50,940 bases of DNA from Candidatus Woesearchaeota archaeon (GTDB lineage Archaea; Nanobdellota; Nanobdellia; UBA10117), in the NCBI GenBank assembly GCA_964354105.1, contig CAYGXM010000006.1, positions 1 to 50,940 of the forward strand, read 5' to 3'. The notes beneath the pieces were generated by a model, which saw nothing but the letters and a program-made list of their open reading frames with translations, did no database searches and was not told the DNA's origin. The first letter of the stretch is position 1. Every line of letters begins with the position of its first letter. The position numbers and the translations under genes are program-made. This document shows, piece after piece, positions 9,217 through 19,506 of this stretch.

Positions 9217-9354
9217 ATGTCATACAAATGCTTTTACTGTCAAAAAACTTTGTCTAAATTAGATATAGAGAAGAGAATAATCTGCCCTTACTGCAGTGCC
9301 CGCGTTATTATGAAAACGAGGCCTGGAACTTTGAAGAAAGTCAAGGCGCGATAA
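9217..9354 (+). CDS. rpo12: RNA polymerase subunit Rpo12 (P); absent from the ORF track
   Basis: MSYKCFYCQK...IICPYCSARVIMKTRP...VKAR; canonical position after rpl37ae. Confidence 0.92.
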   Translation: MSYKCFYCQKTLSKLDIEKRIICPYCSARVIMKTRPGTLKKVKAR

Positions 9355-9361
9355 TAATATT

Positions 9362-9646
9362 ATGTTTACCTCGGAGATTGAAATAAAAGGCGACAAGGCT
9401 TTTTTGAAAGCTTGTTATGAAGCTTTGGAGCCTGAAACAGAGTTTAAAACAGACCGAGCTCATTACACGATGAAACTCGGCAAGCCCAAGCTGAACAAAG
9501 TTCAGCGGGGCACCGCGAAACAAAATGTTTCGCTTGTGACGTTGAAGATAAAAATTAAGGCTCAGGATGCAACTGCATTCCGTGCAGTTGCTACAACAAT
9601 AACGGGATTGCTGTCAATTGTTGAAAAAGCGTGGAAGCAAAAATAG
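9362..9646 (+). CDS. pcc1: KEOPS complex subunit Pcc1 carrying an 18-aa repeat-derived insertion
   Basis: YEALEPE...DRA...LKIKIKAQDATAFRA; synteny rpo12-pcc1-prefoldin beta. Confidence 0.85.
   Translation: MFTSEIEIKGDKAFLKACYEALEPETEFKTDRAHYTMKLGKPKLNKVQRGTAKQNVSLVTLKIKIKAQDATAFRAVATTITGLLSIVEKAWKQK
9485..9538 (+). repeat. 54-nt twin-hairpin element, copy 2 (in-frame in pcc1)
   Basis: CCCAAGCTGAAC-AAA-GTTCAGC-GGGGCACC-GCGAAAC-AAAAT-GTTTCGCTTGTG. Confidence 0.9.
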
Positions 9647-9655
9647 GAATTGAAA

Positions 9656-9994
9656 ATGGTTGAAAAAATATCGGAAGGGACGCATGGGAAAATACAAGAA
9701 CTGCAGCTGTTGCAGCAAAGGCTGCAGGTTTTTGCAGCACAAAAACAGCAATTGCAATTACAGCAGATTGAAACTGAAGGTGCTCTGGCAGAATTGGAGG
9801 TTGCAAAGCCTCCGGTATACAGGATGGTTGGCGAGCTGCTTGTTGAAAAGCCGATTGCCGACTTGAAAAAAGAGCTGAAGGAAAGAAAAGAAGAAATTGA
9901 ATTAAGAATCAAGACTGTTGAAAAGCAGGAATTAAAGTCAAGGGAAAGGGCGCAGGAACTGCAGAAAGAAATTACTGCTTCGATGAAGAAATAA
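9656..9994 (+). CDS. pfdB: prefoldin subunit beta
   Basis: Q-rich coiled coil, ALAELE...VYRMVGELLVEK hairpin. Confidence 0.93.
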   Translation: MVEKISEGTHGKIQELQLLQQRLQVFAAQKQQLQLQQIETEGALAELEVAKPPVYRMVGELLVEKPIADLKKELKERKEEIELRIKTVEKQELKSRERAQELQKEITASMKK

Positions 9995-10002
9995 TTCTGA
10001 AA

Positions 10003-10066
10003 AGGTTATTTCTTTGGGCTTGTAAGGCTTTAGAAAGAACGCAATAAACCCTTGAGAGATAACCCT
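10003..10066. repeat. short intergenic element with inverted ends (AGGTTATTTCT...AGAGATAACCCT)
   Basis: Ends match those of elements at 26087, 31435 and 36141. Confidence 0.6.
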
Positions 10067-10126
10067 CGTCAAGTGCAAAAATCTTAAAAGCTTATTACTT
10101 TAGAGTTTACTCAATTACTATGCAAA

Positions 10127-10375
10127 ATGGGTTCCATCGACGAGGTGCAGCAACTATTAGATTTAATACTTCAAGACGGCGCAATTTCCAAGAACATACG
10201 TGAGATTCTAAACGAGATTAAGGAAGAGTTATGTGACGAGAAAAATATCGCATTAAAGATCAATGCCGCCCTGCAAAAGACTGAAGATTTGTCCTTGGAC
10301 CCCAATCTGAGCGCTGATATCCGCACGCAATTGTGGAATTTAGCCACTTTATTGGAAGGCGCACAGCGGGAATAA
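10127..10375 (+). CDS. UPF0147 family protein
   Basis: ILQDGAISKNIR...LSLDPNLSADIRTQLW motif. Confidence 0.88.
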   Translation: MGSIDEVQQLLDLILQDGAISKNIREILNEIKEELCDEKNIALKINAALQKTEDLSLDPNLSADIRTQLWNLATLLEGAQRE

Positions 10376-10501
10376 CGCAAACTTTGAGTTTGCGGAATTG
10401 AAAACCTCAAAAATCGCATATAATGGTTTTCAATAATGTGTATTCTGCTATGCAGAAAAGCTTATAATGTGGTGCGGTTTTGAGTAAAATAAGGTGATGA
10501 C

Positions 10502-10909
10502 ATGGCGCTGTTTGATGGTTTGAAAAAAGTCTTTACAACTCAGGATTCTGATGTAGAATTAGGGGAAGATTATGTTGAGCTAGAGGCTGATATAAAAGAC
10601 CAAAAATCAAAGGTATTGGTAAGGCCCTTTACCTTGGAAAAGTTTGATGACATTAAGGAAATTATCAATGCTGTCAGGGAAGGGTTTACAATATCCATAT
10701 TGAACATCGAGCCCTTGAAAGACAAAGATTTGGCTGAATTGAAGAGAGCAATAGACAAGATAAAGAAGACTGTCGAGGCAAATGAAGGGGATATTGCAGG
10801 CTTCGGCGAGAACTTCCTTGTAGTCACGCCAAGTTTCGCGAAGGTCTGGAGAGCATCTGCAGCAAAGAAAGCAGAAGACGTTACGGAAGCTGAAGGCGAA
10901 GAGCTATAG
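10502..10909 (+). CDS. sepF: cell division protein SepF (archaeal)
   Basis: ELKRAIDKIKKTVEANEGDIAGFGENFLVVTPS. Confidence 0.9.
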   Translation: MALFDGLKKVFTTQDSDVELGEDYVELEADIKDQKSKVLVRPFTLEKFDDIKEIINAVREGFTISILNIEPLKDKDLAELKRAIDKIKKTVEANEGDIAGFGENFLVVTPSFAKVWRASAAKKAEDVTEAEGEEL

Positions 10910-11064
10910 GGCAAAGCTTTTTTAGAAAAGTTAAGCAGAAACAGAGTTAGCTCTCAACATCAACTAAGCAAGAAAGCTAACAAGCTCAGACAGATAACCT
11001 TAGCTGTAAAGTTAACTGCACAATAGAAACAAATCTATTTATACCTCTTATTTTTATTTTAATT

Positions 11065-11247
11065 ATGGTAGATGGTTTAGGTGCTGGTGAGATTGTACTG
11101 TGGGCAACCACATTCGGGCTTTTAATCGGCGTTATCTGGAGCCTAAAATATATTGTAATAATAGACAGAAGGATTGAGAGGCTTGAAGAGCACATGGACA
11201 AATTATTACATCACTTTGGTGAACGCCCGAGAAGAAGACGCAGATAA
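11065..11247 (+). CDS. small single-TM protein
   Basis: One hydrophobic helix, then IVIIDRRIERLE and a basic tail. Confidence 0.65.
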   Translation: MVDGLGAGEIVLWATTFGLLIGVIWSLKYIVIIDRRIERLEEHMDKLLHHFGERPRRRRR

Positions 11248-11372
11248 GAGCTGCAAGATATTGGGGTTCTTGAATTTTACATGACTGCCAAGTAGGAAGC
11301 TTTACAGATGTCAAGTTGAATTATCAGTAAGTTCAAGCTAACACTTAATAATAAGTTTTCCACAGTAATAAT

Positions 11373-12413
11373 ATGGCTAAGTATCTTTTTGAGCTCTCTG
11401 GAGAAAATCTAGATTTAGCAATACAGGAAATTACTGCGCTTTTTGGAACTGAAAAGGCCAAGTTGAAAGTTTTGGAGCAGTTCAACAGTTTTGTAGTAGG
11501 GGAATCTGCTTTGTCTGAAGGGAAGGTGTCAGAGTTAATGGAAAGATCTTCCCTCATCTGGAAAGCTGCTGTCTTAATCAAAGAGCTTCCCTCCCTGCTT
11601 TTATCCGAGCTGGACAAAGTAAAATGGAGTTTTGTAAAACTCCCATTTTGTGTAAGAGTCGATGACCTTACAGGACTTGCAAGATCCCGGATAGAGGCAA
11701 AATTAGCGGGCCCCATTTATGATTATTATGCGCATCATGACGGCAAGGCTGAAATTTTGGTAAACCTGGAAAAGCCAAAGACAACTGTTCTTTTTGTCCT
11801 TACAGATAAAAAGAATTACGTTGCAAAACTCCTGTGGAAAGCTGAAAAAGGCAGATTTTTGCAGAGAGAGCCGATTAAGAAGCCTGCTTTTCATCCGACT
11901 TCCCTGAAGCCAAAATTGGCAAGATTATTGATTAATCTTTCCAGGGCGCAAAAAGGCAAAATTCTGCTCGACCCTTTTTGCGGAACTGGTTCTGTTTTGA
12001 TAGAAGCTGCAATCTTAAATTGTAAAGCAATCGGAGTTGATATAGATAAAAAAATGATATCTGGAAGCAAAACAAACATAATGTTTTACAAACAAAAAGC
12101 CAAATTAATGCTGGGAAATGCATTGGAATTGCAAAAAACATTCAAAAAGAATTCAATCGATGCAATTGCAACAGACCCGCCATATGGCAGATCAACTTTT
12201 GTAGGTGCTAAATCCTTGAATTCCCTCTATAAGGACTTTCTTTCTTCAGCACATGCGGTTCTGAAGCCAAAGAAATATCTCTCATTGCTATACCCCCACT
12301 ATGTCAACGTTAAGAAAATGCTGAACAAAAGGCAATGGAAAATCATCTTTGAATCAGAGATGTATGTTCATGGAGGCCTGACCAGGAAATTCCTGGTTTT
12401 GCAGAAAAAGTAA
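11373..12413 (+). CDS. THUMP-domain tRNA (guanine-N2) methyltransferase, Trm11/TrmG10-like
   Basis: HPTSLKPKLARLLINL, LDPFCGTGSVLIEA, ATDPPYG. Confidence 0.88.
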   Translation: MAKYLFELSGENLDLAIQEITALFGTEKAKLKVLEQFNSFVVGESALSEGKVSELMERSSLIWKAAVLIKELPSLLLSELDKVKWSFVKLPFCVRVDDLTGLARSRIEAKLAGPIYDYYAHHDGKAEILVNLEKPKTTVLFVLTDKKNYVAKLLWKAEKGRFLQREPIKKPAFHPTSLKPKLARLLINLSRAQKGKILLDPFCGTGSVLIEAAILNCKAIGVDIDKKMISGSKTNIMFYKQKAKLMLGNALELQKTFKKNSIDAIATDPPYGRSTFVGAKSLNSLYKDFLSSAHAVLKPKKYLSLLYPHYVNVKKMLNKRQWKIIFESEMYVHGGLTRKFLVLQKK

Positions 12414-12414
12414 G

Positions 12415-12597
12415 ATGGTTAAGATACCAATCTGCCCAAAATGCAATTCCACAGAAATAAGGCAGGAAACATCAATCAGCGGCTGGCTGCTTCCTGAAAA
12501 GTGGATTTGCGACAAATGCGGCTATACAGGCATCCTTGTCAAGGAAATAGACACCGAAAAACAAACGGGGAAGAAAGAAAAGCTTAAAAATAAGTGA
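12415..12597 (+). CDS. small zinc-ribbon protein
   Basis: CPKC...CDKCGY. Confidence 0.75.
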   Translation: MVKIPICPKCNSTEIRQETSISGWLLPEKWICDKCGYTGILVKEIDTEKQTGKKEKLKNK

Positions 12598-12664
12598 AGC
12601 TTCCTATTAACAGGCTACTGAGTATAACTATGAATATACCTATTAAATTAGGAGGTATATTACT

Positions 12665-12850
12665 ATGAACTTACATAGTGATATTCTCAAGATGCTGGAA
12701 AAACAGCAGGTTATTACTACATCAGAAGTTGCTTCTTTGTTGAAAGTAAGCTGGAACACCGCCGAAAAGGCCCTTTTGGAATTAACTATCGATGGTAAGG
12801 TTCAACGAATAAAGAAAGTAGGAGTAAATCTATGGCTGAAAATGAAGTAA
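12665..12850 (+). CDS. small winged-helix HTH protein
   Basis: TTSEVASLLKVSWNTAEKALLEL; GGAGG ribosome-binding site upstream. Confidence 0.8.
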   Translation: MNLHSDILKMLEKQQVITTSEVASLLKVSWNTAEKALLELTIDGKVQRIKKVGVNLWLKMK

Positions 12851-15800
12851 ACAAATTATGCGCCAAAGATTGGGCAGTTATAGCGATAGCCATAAGTGCC
12901 CTGATTGTAAGCTTGCTCCTGATAATTTTCCCGCCATTCACATTAACAGGCGCCGGAACTTTCGACGCAGGCGGTTCATCCTGGGAACACCAATTGCAGA
13001 TACCGGCAGACAGCTCGCAGCGAACAATCACAATACACATTGTATTTGATCAATACAGAACTGAAGACTGCCGAGATATTTATATCGAAGCTGACGGCCA
13101 GAATATTCAATTTAGAAATGAAAATAATATCATAGCAAATGACGGCCTCTGCAAGGAAACTGATGTCATTTTCAACAACGATATATTTGGCCCTTCAGCA
13201 TATAATATTTATTATGGCAAGATCACGACGCCGATAGAAACCCAGCCAGCAGAACCTGCAACCTTGGAAATGGCCCCTTCACCTGAGCCAAGTTTCACGA
13301 CGCAAGCCACAACTGTCACGGCTTGCGGGGATTTATCTACAGATAATGAAGTTTATACATTAGACAGGGCGATATATGGCAACCAGTCAGATGGAAGGTG
13401 CTTAGATATCCAGGCAGAAAATGTAACTTTGGACTGTGCAAATTATAACATAACAGGCACGGATACCCCTGCTCTAAATACTTATGCCATATATGTAAAT
13501 GGCTACAAAAATCTGACAATTAAAAATTGCAACATCACGAACTATATGCGGGGAATTTATGCATATGATTCGGATATTAGTAATGTGAACTACAACAACA
13601 TTACCGGATGTACGTCTGGCTGCAGAACAGGCATTTGGCTGGAGGCTTCGATTAATGCTACAATCTCATACAATATTATACAGAAAAATATAGAAGCTGT
13701 AAGCGGAATACACTTGAACTATTCAAATGGAACTAACATACATCATAATACTGCTTTTAGCAACGGTGCGGGTGTATTCCTTGAACATTCCAGTCAAAAT
13801 AATATTACTCTAAACAATTTTAGCAGCAACAATGGAGGCATTATATTACAATCTTATTCCACTTATAATAATATAACAGATAATAATGCCAGCTTCATGT
13901 ATGGAGGAGGCACCAAAGCTGGAATTAGTTTATACGACAATTCAGGTTACAATTCCATTGAGGGAAATAATGTCAGCTACAATGGCAATGGCATTTACAT
14001 CTTTGGTTCAAACGACGACAACAACACGCTGATAAATAACACTGCAAATAACAACACCCAGAAAGGCATCTATATCGAGAATTCCAAAAACAGCACGTTA
14101 ATTAATAATACCGCCAATAACAACACCCAGCAGGGCATTTACCTCACTTCCAGCTCAAACAACACCCTGACAGCGAATACTGCCAACAACAATGACGAAG
14201 GTATCGTCCTCAGCTCCAGTTCCACCAACAACACCCTGATCGAAAATAAAATAGCAAACATTCGGCACGGCATAAACCTTGATTATAGCGACAATAATAC
14301 CCTATTCAACAATACCTTCGACTACAACGGATGGCAAGGCGTCTACATTTTCTTTAGTTCCAATACCAATATAACCAGCAATAGTGTCAGCAACAATGGC
14401 AAACAGGGCATTTTAGCCACATCCGGTTCTTACAATGACATTATCTCAAACACAATTAACAACAACACGTACAACGGAGTTTTGACTTCTTCATCCCCGC
14501 ACTACAACTTTACAAACAACACTATTAGCAATAACAGGGGCACAGGCATAACAATCAGTGCCACCAATAGCGGTGTTTTGATAAATAACACCATAGACAA
14601 TAACACGGAATACGGAATTCAACTCTCCGCCAGCAATAACATAAACATTGCAAACAATACAGCCAATAACAACACTCAATACGGCATCTACCTCCAATCC
14701 AGCTCAAGCAATAATAATTTAACTAACAACACTGCTGTTAACAATACGCAATGGGACTTTTATTCATACAAGAACGCCCTTGACAATACAGTCATTGATT
14801 TGGAGATAGGCTCTGTAGTTGTCAGCTTCACATCCAAAGGCATTGCATTAAGAAACGGGACTTCACCAGGTGGCGAGCCTCTGCTAAGCATCAACAAGTA
14901 TGTAAATGCGACAAACAATTCTGATGACTCCTGGCTGTTCCTGAATGTTTCTTATGCTGATCCTGGAGACCTTAATAATATAAATGAAAGCACCTTAAGG
15001 ATAGCCAAAAATAATGCGAGCGGGTGGTTTACAAACCCTGCAGATTTTGCCAATGCATACGATGTAAACATAACAGATAACTATGTTTATGCAAACATAA
15101 CAAATTTTGAAAGCACTTTTGCGCCTCTTGGAGCATCACTCCCGATAAACGTATCAAACTGCATGAACTTGACACAGGCAAATCAATTATATGTATTAAA
15201 CCAGTCAATATCAGGGAACCAGTCAGATAGTATCTGCATAGATGTCCAAAACAGCAACATAACGTTGGACTGTTTAAACTTATATTCGATAAATGGAACA
15301 TTTAGCGGCACAACTTATGGGATTTATACAAACAGCAGCAATACAACTATACAAAATTGTAATATAAGTAATTACACAAAAGGCATACAATTACAAAACA
15401 GCAATTATACCATAGTTAATAATAATAGAATTTCTAATTGCACACAAATGGCAATAACGCACAATTTTGGCACTGATAGCAATTTTACAAATAATATTAT
15501 TTATTATTCGGCCGCAGGCATTTACATAGGATCCGGCCCGAATAATATTATAAAAAATAATGTTATATATAACAACACAGATGAAGGTATCCAGTCTAGT
15601 GGTGCAAATTACACACAAATAATTAACAATACCATAACATACTCTACAGGATCTAATGGAATTGGTATAGATATTAGTAATAATTACAATAACACGCTGA
15701 TAAATAATACTGCCAATTATAATAAATGGTATGGCATTAGAGTTGAAACATTTTCGAATAATCATACTTTATTTAATAATACTGCAAACTATAATAACGA

Positions 15801-18357
15801 CACTGGCATAGTTATATGGCAGGGTAATTATAGTAATTTAATAAATAATACTGCAAACAACAATTTAATTAATGGATTTTGGCTATTCATAAGTTCTCAT
15901 AATGCGTTTACAAATAATTTTGCCAGCAATAATACACAAGCAGACTTTAATTCCACATCGACTTCTGTAAAATCAGAAAATAATACAGTCATTAATTTAA
16001 CAACTCAGCAAAATATAGTATCATTTAATTCGTTTGGCATCGCGTTAAAGGGTTTAATGTCAACACAAGCCCCATCTAATTCTGGTACTGGATATTACAA
16101 CATAAGCAAATGGATAAACGCCACAAATAATTCCGCAGGCGCATATCTTTTCTTAAACATAAGCTATAACGAAACAGAAGTCGTTAACCTTGGCATCGAC
16201 GAAAGTACTTTATTCCTTGCAAGAAACAATGGCACCTGGGAAACGGATACGAGCAAATTTGCAAGCACGTATGGTGTAAACACTGCAGAAAATTATACTT
16301 ACGCAAACATAACCAGCTTTGGAAGTATGTTTGTGCCTCTTGGCCCAATAAATCAACCGCCACAAATACAATTAAACCTGCCTTCAAACAACACGCAAAT
16401 TAACAATACGCAGACAATAACATTTAATTTTACAGCGATAGACGACCTTAATGCTACATTGAATTGTTCGATTTACCTGAATGGCACATTAAATCAAACA
16501 AATGATACGACACTAAATTACACTTTAACAGATTTTACAATAAGCGGCATCAGTTATGGCTATCACAACTGGAGTGTAAATTGCAGTGACGGAGCATTAA
16601 GCAATGTTTCTGAGACTTGGTTTTTCAGAATTGCAGATACTATGCCGCCCGTTGTTACAATAATAGCTCCAACGCCTGTTAATAATTCATACATAAATGT
16701 TTCAACAGCAACAATAAACGCAACTGTAGTCAACGGAGTATCAAATATTGATACTTGCACTCTGGAATTTAACAATAGCAATAATACAATGACTAAGAAT
16801 GGCGCCGGAAGTTCTGTAACGTGCGACTACACAAAATCCAGCCTAAATGAAGGTAAGCATAACTTCACAGTCTATGCCAATGAAACATCTGGAAACACAG
16901 GCTCAAATGGAACATGGTTCTTTACAGTTGATACCATAAATACGAGCATTTATTATAATCCATCAACAACATCTGCAGGAAATCACTCACAGAATTGGAT
17001 TTTAATCAATATAACCTGCGCGGATACAAACAGAGATACTGTAATATTAAACTGGAATGGAACAAATGAAACTTTTGACAACAACGCCGGAGACGTTTTC
17101 TGGGAAAACAAAACTGCACTGAGCGATGGTACTTACACCTTCTACGCTTGGTGCAACGACTCTGCAACAAATTCAAATCAAACTGCGACTAGAAATGTTA
17201 TGTTGGATACAACACCGCCAACAATAACAATAATAAACCCGTCGCCTGCAAATAACTCTGTACAAACCTCAACTTCTGCGATAATCAATGCTACTGTAAT
17301 AAATGGGGCATCCGCCATAGATACCTGCATTCTGGAATTTAATGGCACTAATGAAACCATGACCAAAATAGGGGCTGGAAGTTCTGTAACTTGTAACAGC
17401 ACAAAGATAGGATTAAATTTAGGCCAGCATAACTTCACAGTTTATGCTAATGATACTGTAGGAAATACAGGGGCTAATGGAACATGGTTCTTCACAGTGC
17501 ATAGGCATGAAGAAGAAATTGCGCGCAGAGGAGTAGCTGCAGAGCCGGCAATTATCTATAACTGCAGCATAGCGGAAGGCCAGTCAAGGCAATTTGAATT
17601 AAGAGTTGGAGACAGCATTGACTGCATAATCAGAGGAAAGCTGCATAACATAAGACTGGCAGAAATTTTAGACGAACAGCAGCTGGCTGAATTCGAAATA
17701 GCATCTCCACTCCGAACAGCTCTGGCAATTAATCAAATTTATTATGCTGATATCGATAACAGCGGCTTGAATGATACTGCAATTAAACTGCTGAAATTCG
17801 CGCTGCCTAGAAATGCCACCATCATATTATCCCTACTGAAGGAAGTAGCTCCAGTTGCTCCAACACCTCCGGCACCCCCTGCGCCGCCAACTCCGCCACC
17901 CGCCATAGCAGCAGCGCCCCCATATGCATTACTTGGCCTACTTGCGTTGCTCATCATGGTACTAATAACTACAGGCTATCGATATTATGCAGCAAGGCCT
18001 GCACGCCCGAGAGCAGTTACAAAAGCGATTATGCGTGCACCAAAGCCAGTTCCAATTGTCAGGGTAGCAAGAATAAAGGAAGAGCCGCTGAAGCTTCCGG
18101 AAATACAAATTCCACCTGCAAGGGCGCCAGCAGCACCTGAAGTAACGCCCTTGCAGCAAAAGATTGTGGCGCTTAGAAAAGAACTTGCTGAAATGAAAGT
18201 TACAGAATTGCCTGCAAAACCAAAAGCCAGGGTCATCGGAGAAGTTAAAAAAATACCCAAAGCTAAGCCAAAGATGCCGAGACCAAAGCCTGCAGCAAAG
18301 CCTAAAAGCATTTCTAGAGCTCTGAAAGATGTCGAAAGGACGCTAAAGAAAAAATGA
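12832..18357 (+). CDS. large cell-surface glycoprotein with two NosD/CASH parallel beta-helix regions, Ig-like repeats and a C-terminal TM anchor
   Basis: N-terminal hydrophobic helix; many GI-x-L...NN-x-I-x-NN repeats; dense N-x-S/T sequons; Pro-rich linker, TM helix, K/P-rich tail. Confidence 0.9.
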   Translation: MAENEVNKLCAKDWAVIAIAISALIVSLLLIIFPPFTLTGAGTFDAGGSSWEHQLQIPADSSQRTITIHIVFDQYRTEDCRDIYIEADGQNIQFRNENNIIANDGLCKETDVIFNNDIFGPSAYNIYYGKITTPIETQPAEPATLEMAPSPEPSFTTQATTVTACGDLSTDNEVYTLDRAIYGNQSDGRCLDIQAENVTLDCANYNITGTDTPALNTYAIYVNGYKNLTIKNCNITNYMRGIYAYDSDISNVNYNNITGCTSGCRTGIWLEASINATISYNIIQKNIEAVSGIHLNYSNGTNIHHNTAFSNGAGVFLEHSSQNNITLNNFSSNNGGIILQSYSTYNNITDNNASFMYGGGTKAGISLYDNSGYNSIEGNNVSYNGNGIYIFGSNDDNNTLINNTANNNTQKGIYIENSKNSTLINNTANNNTQQGIYLTSSSNNTLTANTANNNDEGIVLSSSSTNNTLIENKIANIRHGINLDYSDNNTLFNNTFDYNGWQGVYIFFSSNTNITSNSVSNNGKQGILATSGSYNDIISNTINNNTYNGVLTSSSPHYNFTNNTISNNRGTGITISATNSGVLINNTIDNNTEYGIQLSASNNINIANNTANNNTQYGIYLQSSSSNNNLTNNTAVNNTQWDFYSYKNALDNTVIDLEIGSVVVSFTSKGIALRNGTSPGGEPLLSINKYVNATNNSDDSWLFLNVSYADPGDLNNINESTLRIAKNNASGWFTNPADFANAYDVNITDNYVYANITNFESTFAPLGASLPINVSNCMNLTQANQLYVLNQSISGNQSDSICIDVQNSNITLDCLNLYSINGTFSGTTYGIYTNSSNTTIQNCNISNYTKGIQLQNSNYTIVNNNRISNCTQMAITHNFGTDSNFTNNIIYYSAAGIYIGSGPNNIIKNNVIYNNTDEGIQSSGANYTQIINNTITYSTGSNGIGIDISNNYNNTLINNTANYNKWYGIRVETFSNNHTLFNNTANYNNDTGIVIWQGNYSNLINNTANNNLINGFWLFISSHNAFTNNFASNNTQADFNSTSTSVKSENNTVINLTTQQNIVSFNSFGIALKGLMSTQAPSNSGTGYYNISKWINATNNSAGAYLFLNISYNETEVVNLGIDESTLFLARNNGTWETDTSKFASTYGVNTAENYTYANITSFGSMFVPLGPINQPPQIQLNLPSNNTQINNTQTITFNFTAIDDLNATLNCSIYLNGTLNQTNDTTLNYTLTDFTISGISYGYHNWSVNCSDGALSNVSETWFFRIADTMPPVVTIIAPTPVNNSYINVSTATINATVVNGVSNIDTCTLEFNNSNNTMTKNGAGSSVTCDYTKSSLNEGKHNFTVYANETSGNTGSNGTWFFTVDTINTSIYYNPSTTSAGNHSQNWILINITCADTNRDTVILNWNGTNETFDNNAGDVFWENKTALSDGTYTFYAWCNDSATNSNQTATRNVMLDTTPPTITIINPSPANNSVQTSTSAIINATVINGASAIDTCILEFNGTNETMTKIGAGSSVTCNSTKIGLNLGQHNFTVYANDTVGNTGANGTWFFTVHRHEEEIARRGVAAEPAIIYNCSIAEGQSRQFELRVGDSIDCIIRGKLHNIRLAEILDEQQLAEFEIASPLRTALAINQIYYADIDNSGLNDTAIKLLKFALPRNATIILSLLKEVAPVAPTPPAPPAPPTPPPAIAAAPPYALLGLLALLIMVLITTGYRYYAARPARPRAVTKAIMRAPKPVPIVRVARIKEEPLKLPEIQIPPARAPAAPEVTPLQQKIVALRKELAEMKVTELPAKPKARVIGEVKKIPKAKPKMPRPKPAAKPKSISRALKDVERTLKKK

Positions 18358-19289
18358 TGCCTGTAAAAGACATTAATTTAAGCAAGGCAAAGACGCCAAA
18401 TGACTTGATTAAACAAATGCATAGCGCAGGCGGTTTTTCCGCCAAGAAGATAGCAATAGGCGTTGATATTCTGGAAACAATGATAAAAGACAAGGGCTGC
18501 ACGAGGATTTTGTCAATGCCCGGCGCGCCTATTTCAACAGGCCTTCGCGGAGTTATACGTGATTTAGTAAAAAATAAGATGATTTCGATGATAATAACAA
18601 CTTGCGGCTTCTTGGATCATGATTTTGCAAGAGTTTGGAAGCCTTATATGCATGGAGATTTCACAATGGACGATAAAGTGCTACATAAGAAAGGTATTTT
18701 CAGGCTTGGAAATATTCTAATTCCTAAATCGTCATACGGGGAAATTTTAGAAGATAAACTGCAGCCGCTTTTACAAAAACTTTGGGCTGAAGGGAAGCAA
18801 GAATTGGCTTCATATGAAATAATTGAAGAAATGGGCAAATCCTTGGAAAATGAGAAGAACAAAAATGATTCCATAATATACTGGGCTTACAAAAATAATG
18901 TTCCTATCTTTGTTCCCGGCCTGACAGATGGTGCTGTGGGAAATCAAATATGGTTGTTCTCGCAGAAAAAGAAATTCCGCATCAACACATTGGAAGATGA
19001 GAATAAAATAGCATCAATGATGTTTGACGCCAAAAAACTGGGCGCATTGTCAATAGGCGGAGGCATATCCAAACACCATGCCATCTGGTGGGCTCAATTC
19101 AGGGGCGGGCTTGATTACATGGTTTACATCACAACAGCCGTAGAATATGACGGCTCATTATCAGGAGCACAGACCAGAGAGGCTATAAGCTGGGGAAAAC
19201 TTAAAGAGAAGGCAAAACACATAACAATAGAGGGAGACGCCACTGCAATACTGCCTTTGATGATTGCAGCTCTGCTGGAGCGTTTGTAA
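18354..19289 (+). CDS. dys: deoxyhypusine synthase
   Basis: ISTGLRG, RLGNILIP, IGGGISKHH, DGSLSGA..REAISWGK. Confidence 0.96.
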   Translation: MMPVKDINLSKAKTPNDLIKQMHSAGGFSAKKIAIGVDILETMIKDKGCTRILSMPGAPISTGLRGVIRDLVKNKMISMIITTCGFLDHDFARVWKPYMHGDFTMDDKVLHKKGIFRLGNILIPKSSYGEILEDKLQPLLQKLWAEGKQELASYEIIEEMGKSLENEKNKNDSIIYWAYKNNVPIFVPGLTDGAVGNQIWLFSQKKKFRINTLEDENKIASMMFDAKKLGALSIGGGISKHHAIWWAQFRGGLDYMVYITTAVEYDGSLSGAQTREAISWGKLKEKAKHITIEGDATAILPLMIAALLERL

Positions 19290-19293
19290 AAAA

Positions 19294-19506
19294 ATGGTGC
19301 AACACATAACAATTTCAATAAAAAACACACCAGAACTAATCAAACGGCTTTATAGAACAATAAATAAGTCTGCAAAATGCTTCTATTGCGGCAAGCCCGC
19401 ACACTATCTGCAAATTGCAGTAGAGAAGGAAAAACATTTATTAACAAGAAAGATTTGCCACAGTTGTGAGCTTTCGAGGAGAAAAAAACAATGGTCGAAA
19501 AAATGA
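19294..19506 (+). CDS. small zinc-finger protein
   Basis: CFYC...CHSC; ATG at 19294. Confidence 0.55.
   Translation: MVQHITISIKNTPELIKRLYRTINKSAKCFYCGKPAHYLQIAVEKEKHLLTRKICHSCELSRRKKQWSKK

Noticed and set aside
14010-14720. AAC-rich tandem repeats as a CRISPR array or diversity-generating target
   Set aside because: They are in-frame Asn-rich beta-helix repeats; there is no repeat-spacer pattern, no reverse transcriptase and no adenine-specific template/variable pair.
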